Notes under the pieces: generated by a model
The model's database searches: none
The model's input: the letters and a program-made list of their open reading frames with translations, nothing else
What the model was told of the DNA's origin: nothing
Translations under genes and position numbers: made by a program
Part shown: positions 62,670-64,000 of the stretch, piece by piece
Numbering within the stretch: position 1 is the stretch's first letter
Layout: each line of letters starts with the position of its first letter
Source: Desulfurococcaceae archaeon
GTDB taxonomy: Archaea > Thermoproteota > Thermoprotei_A > Sulfolobales > Desulfurococcaceae
Reading direction: 5' to 3'
DNA: 64,000 nt
Assembly: GCA_028275705.1 (NCBI GenBank)
Contig: JAPWUD010000004.1
Location: forward strand, 22,001-86,000

Positions 62670-63118
62670 TTATAGTAGGCACTCTGCGTTTAATTGTTCT
62701 TCTCTAGCTACTTTACACAGCGTTTGATCAGCTGTGTAGAATTCACTCGTTTTGACCTCCCTAGCTGATACTAATTGGAGTGCGTCTGCTTGGTGTATAT
62801 GGTACTTCTCTATTAACCCCATGTCTTAGCGATTAAAGCTAATTTAACTGGTATTACTCTGAGTACTCTGAGTTTCAGCATTTTCATTGTCTCACCGAGA
62901 AACTCTAGTCTAGCAAGCTCATAGTCTCCTCTACTTAACCACCCATGCATATAGTACTTGTCAAGCACTCCTAATACCTCACCTATGTTCCACACTGAGT
63001 AAGCGATTTTCAAGTCTCCAAGCCATGCCTTGGAGTATAGTTGTGCAACAACATCACTGCCCGCCTCTTAAATATACCGCTTGACAATAGCACTCGTATC
63101 CAGGCACACTGTCTTCAT
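62670..63118 (-). pseudogene. vapC: PIN-domain (VapC) toxin pseudogene
   Basis: MKTVCLDTSAIVKRYI*EAGS...NIGE...(1-nt deletion in G-run near 62817)...YHIHQADALQLVSA...FYTAD; nonsense codon at 63068-63070. Confidence 0.85.
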
Positions 63119-63378
63119 GTCCTCTCATTCCTTAACTCTCTAACAACTCTGCCTGCATTGGTCTCGACTAGGGGTTTAATTGGCTTAACCTCTATTGGTG
63201 GTATTACACCTAGTAGCCCCCGAATAGCATCTGCAACGTAGTCCTCTGAAAGCTCTTCTCTAATAACCTCCTCAATAGCCCTACTAACCTCCTCAACACC
63301 CTCCTCTAAGAGCCTAGCTTTAAACCTACTCCACAGCTCTCTATCAATAACAATAGTGGTCTTAACTCTGTCAACCAA
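63115..63378 (-). CDS. Ribbon-helix-helix antitoxin (VapB-like)
   Basis: VKTTIVIDRELWSRFK...VSRAIEEVIRE; ATGA overlap with the vapC start; start reassigned to TTG at 63378. Confidence 0.8.
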   Translation of the reverse strand: MVDRVKTTIVIDRELWSRFKARLLEEGVEEVSRAIEEVIREELSEDYVADAIRGLLGVIPPIEVKPIKPLVETNAGRVVRELRNERT

Positions 63379-63434
63379 CCATATCGCCTTATAAAAGTAT
63401 ATACTTATAGATGTATATAAATCTAAAACAGACA

Positions 63435-63704
63435 TTACTTCGAGTAATTCGAGAGTAGAGTAGAATAAATCAACATGACTACAAAGCCCCTCGGGAACAA
63501 GCCGGACAACAATGCAAGAGCCCCAGCCACAGTGCCCATTACGAGTATCATTAGGCTACATGCACTGTAGTCGCACCACAGGAATATAACAGCTAGGAAC
63601 AAGTAAAACATGTGCCTAACCCTGAGGAAACCCCAGACACGCTCATTCAAGACACTGACATCACATATATACACAAATCTATGGTGGCGGGACTCAAAAG
63701 ACAC
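63435..63704 (-). CDS. Small membrane protein, possibly degraded
   Basis: Hydrophobic segments after DVSVLNERVWGFLRVRH; no family recognised with confidence. Confidence 0.35.
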   Translation of the reverse strand: MSFESRHHRFVYICDVSVLNERVWGFLRVRHMFYLFLAVIFLWCDYSACSLMILVMGTVAGALALLSGLFPRGFVVMLIYSTLLSNYSK

Positions 63705-64000
63705 GACTATCCTCTAGATATATCTAGTACTTAAATAACAGAGGTCGGAGTGAAACCTCAAAGATCACATGGCCACATAGCATTTGAGATCTGAGTCAAA
63801 TAAACCACGGTAAGCGGGGTTTTATAGTCGTGTTTCAAAGCCCGTGGATTTTCCACGTCCTTACAATGATCTTCAATGGAGCTCTCCATGATCTTCAATT
63901 GAAAAGCCAAGGTCAGTTTTCAAAACAAACATTTCCGCGGCAGATTGTCCATTGCAGTAGAGTTAGGTAATGGAGAGGGGTTTATATATCTAACAGTCTT

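Overview
Genomic window from a hyperthermophilic crenarchaeon, most likely Desulfurococcaceae (inferred from Orc1/Cdc6, an intron-containing tRNA with a bulge-helix-bulge, TATA-like promoters, and Thr-rich C-terminally anchored secreted proteins). The first ~3.8 kb is housekeeping: Xaa-Pro peptidase, IMPase/FBPase, THUMP protein, Orc1/Cdc6 and tRNA-His(GUG). The rest is largely accessory. It holds a PadR-regulated ABC exporter with two copies of a palindromic operator, a membrane-anchored serpin, a zinc-ribbon-less TFB-like protein, a Liv-type ABC operon with pyrK/pyrD embedded in it, ModD plus an ABC importer, secreted hydrolases, a sugar isomerase/ABC/galT/galK cluster, peptidases, a lone hisD-like gene, toxin-antitoxin loci and several pseudogenes. 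The main signal missed by the ORF track is a set of non-coding TnpB-associated mobile elements, with no intact tnpA or tnpB in the window. (i) Three IS607-type elements share a structured omegaRNA-like right end but have different 3' flanks (candidate guides); two are ~315-bp promoter-containing mini-elements and one is 1.67 kb and carries unrelated cargo. (ii) A 260-bp IS200/IS605 non-autonomous element is inserted precisely after TTTAC, splits a gene and obeys the IS608 guide/cleavage-site rules; two ~37-bp single-hairpin relics are related to it. (iii) A further GC-rich structured element may belong to a third family. All calls come from reading the sequence and recognising motifs; no database searches were run.
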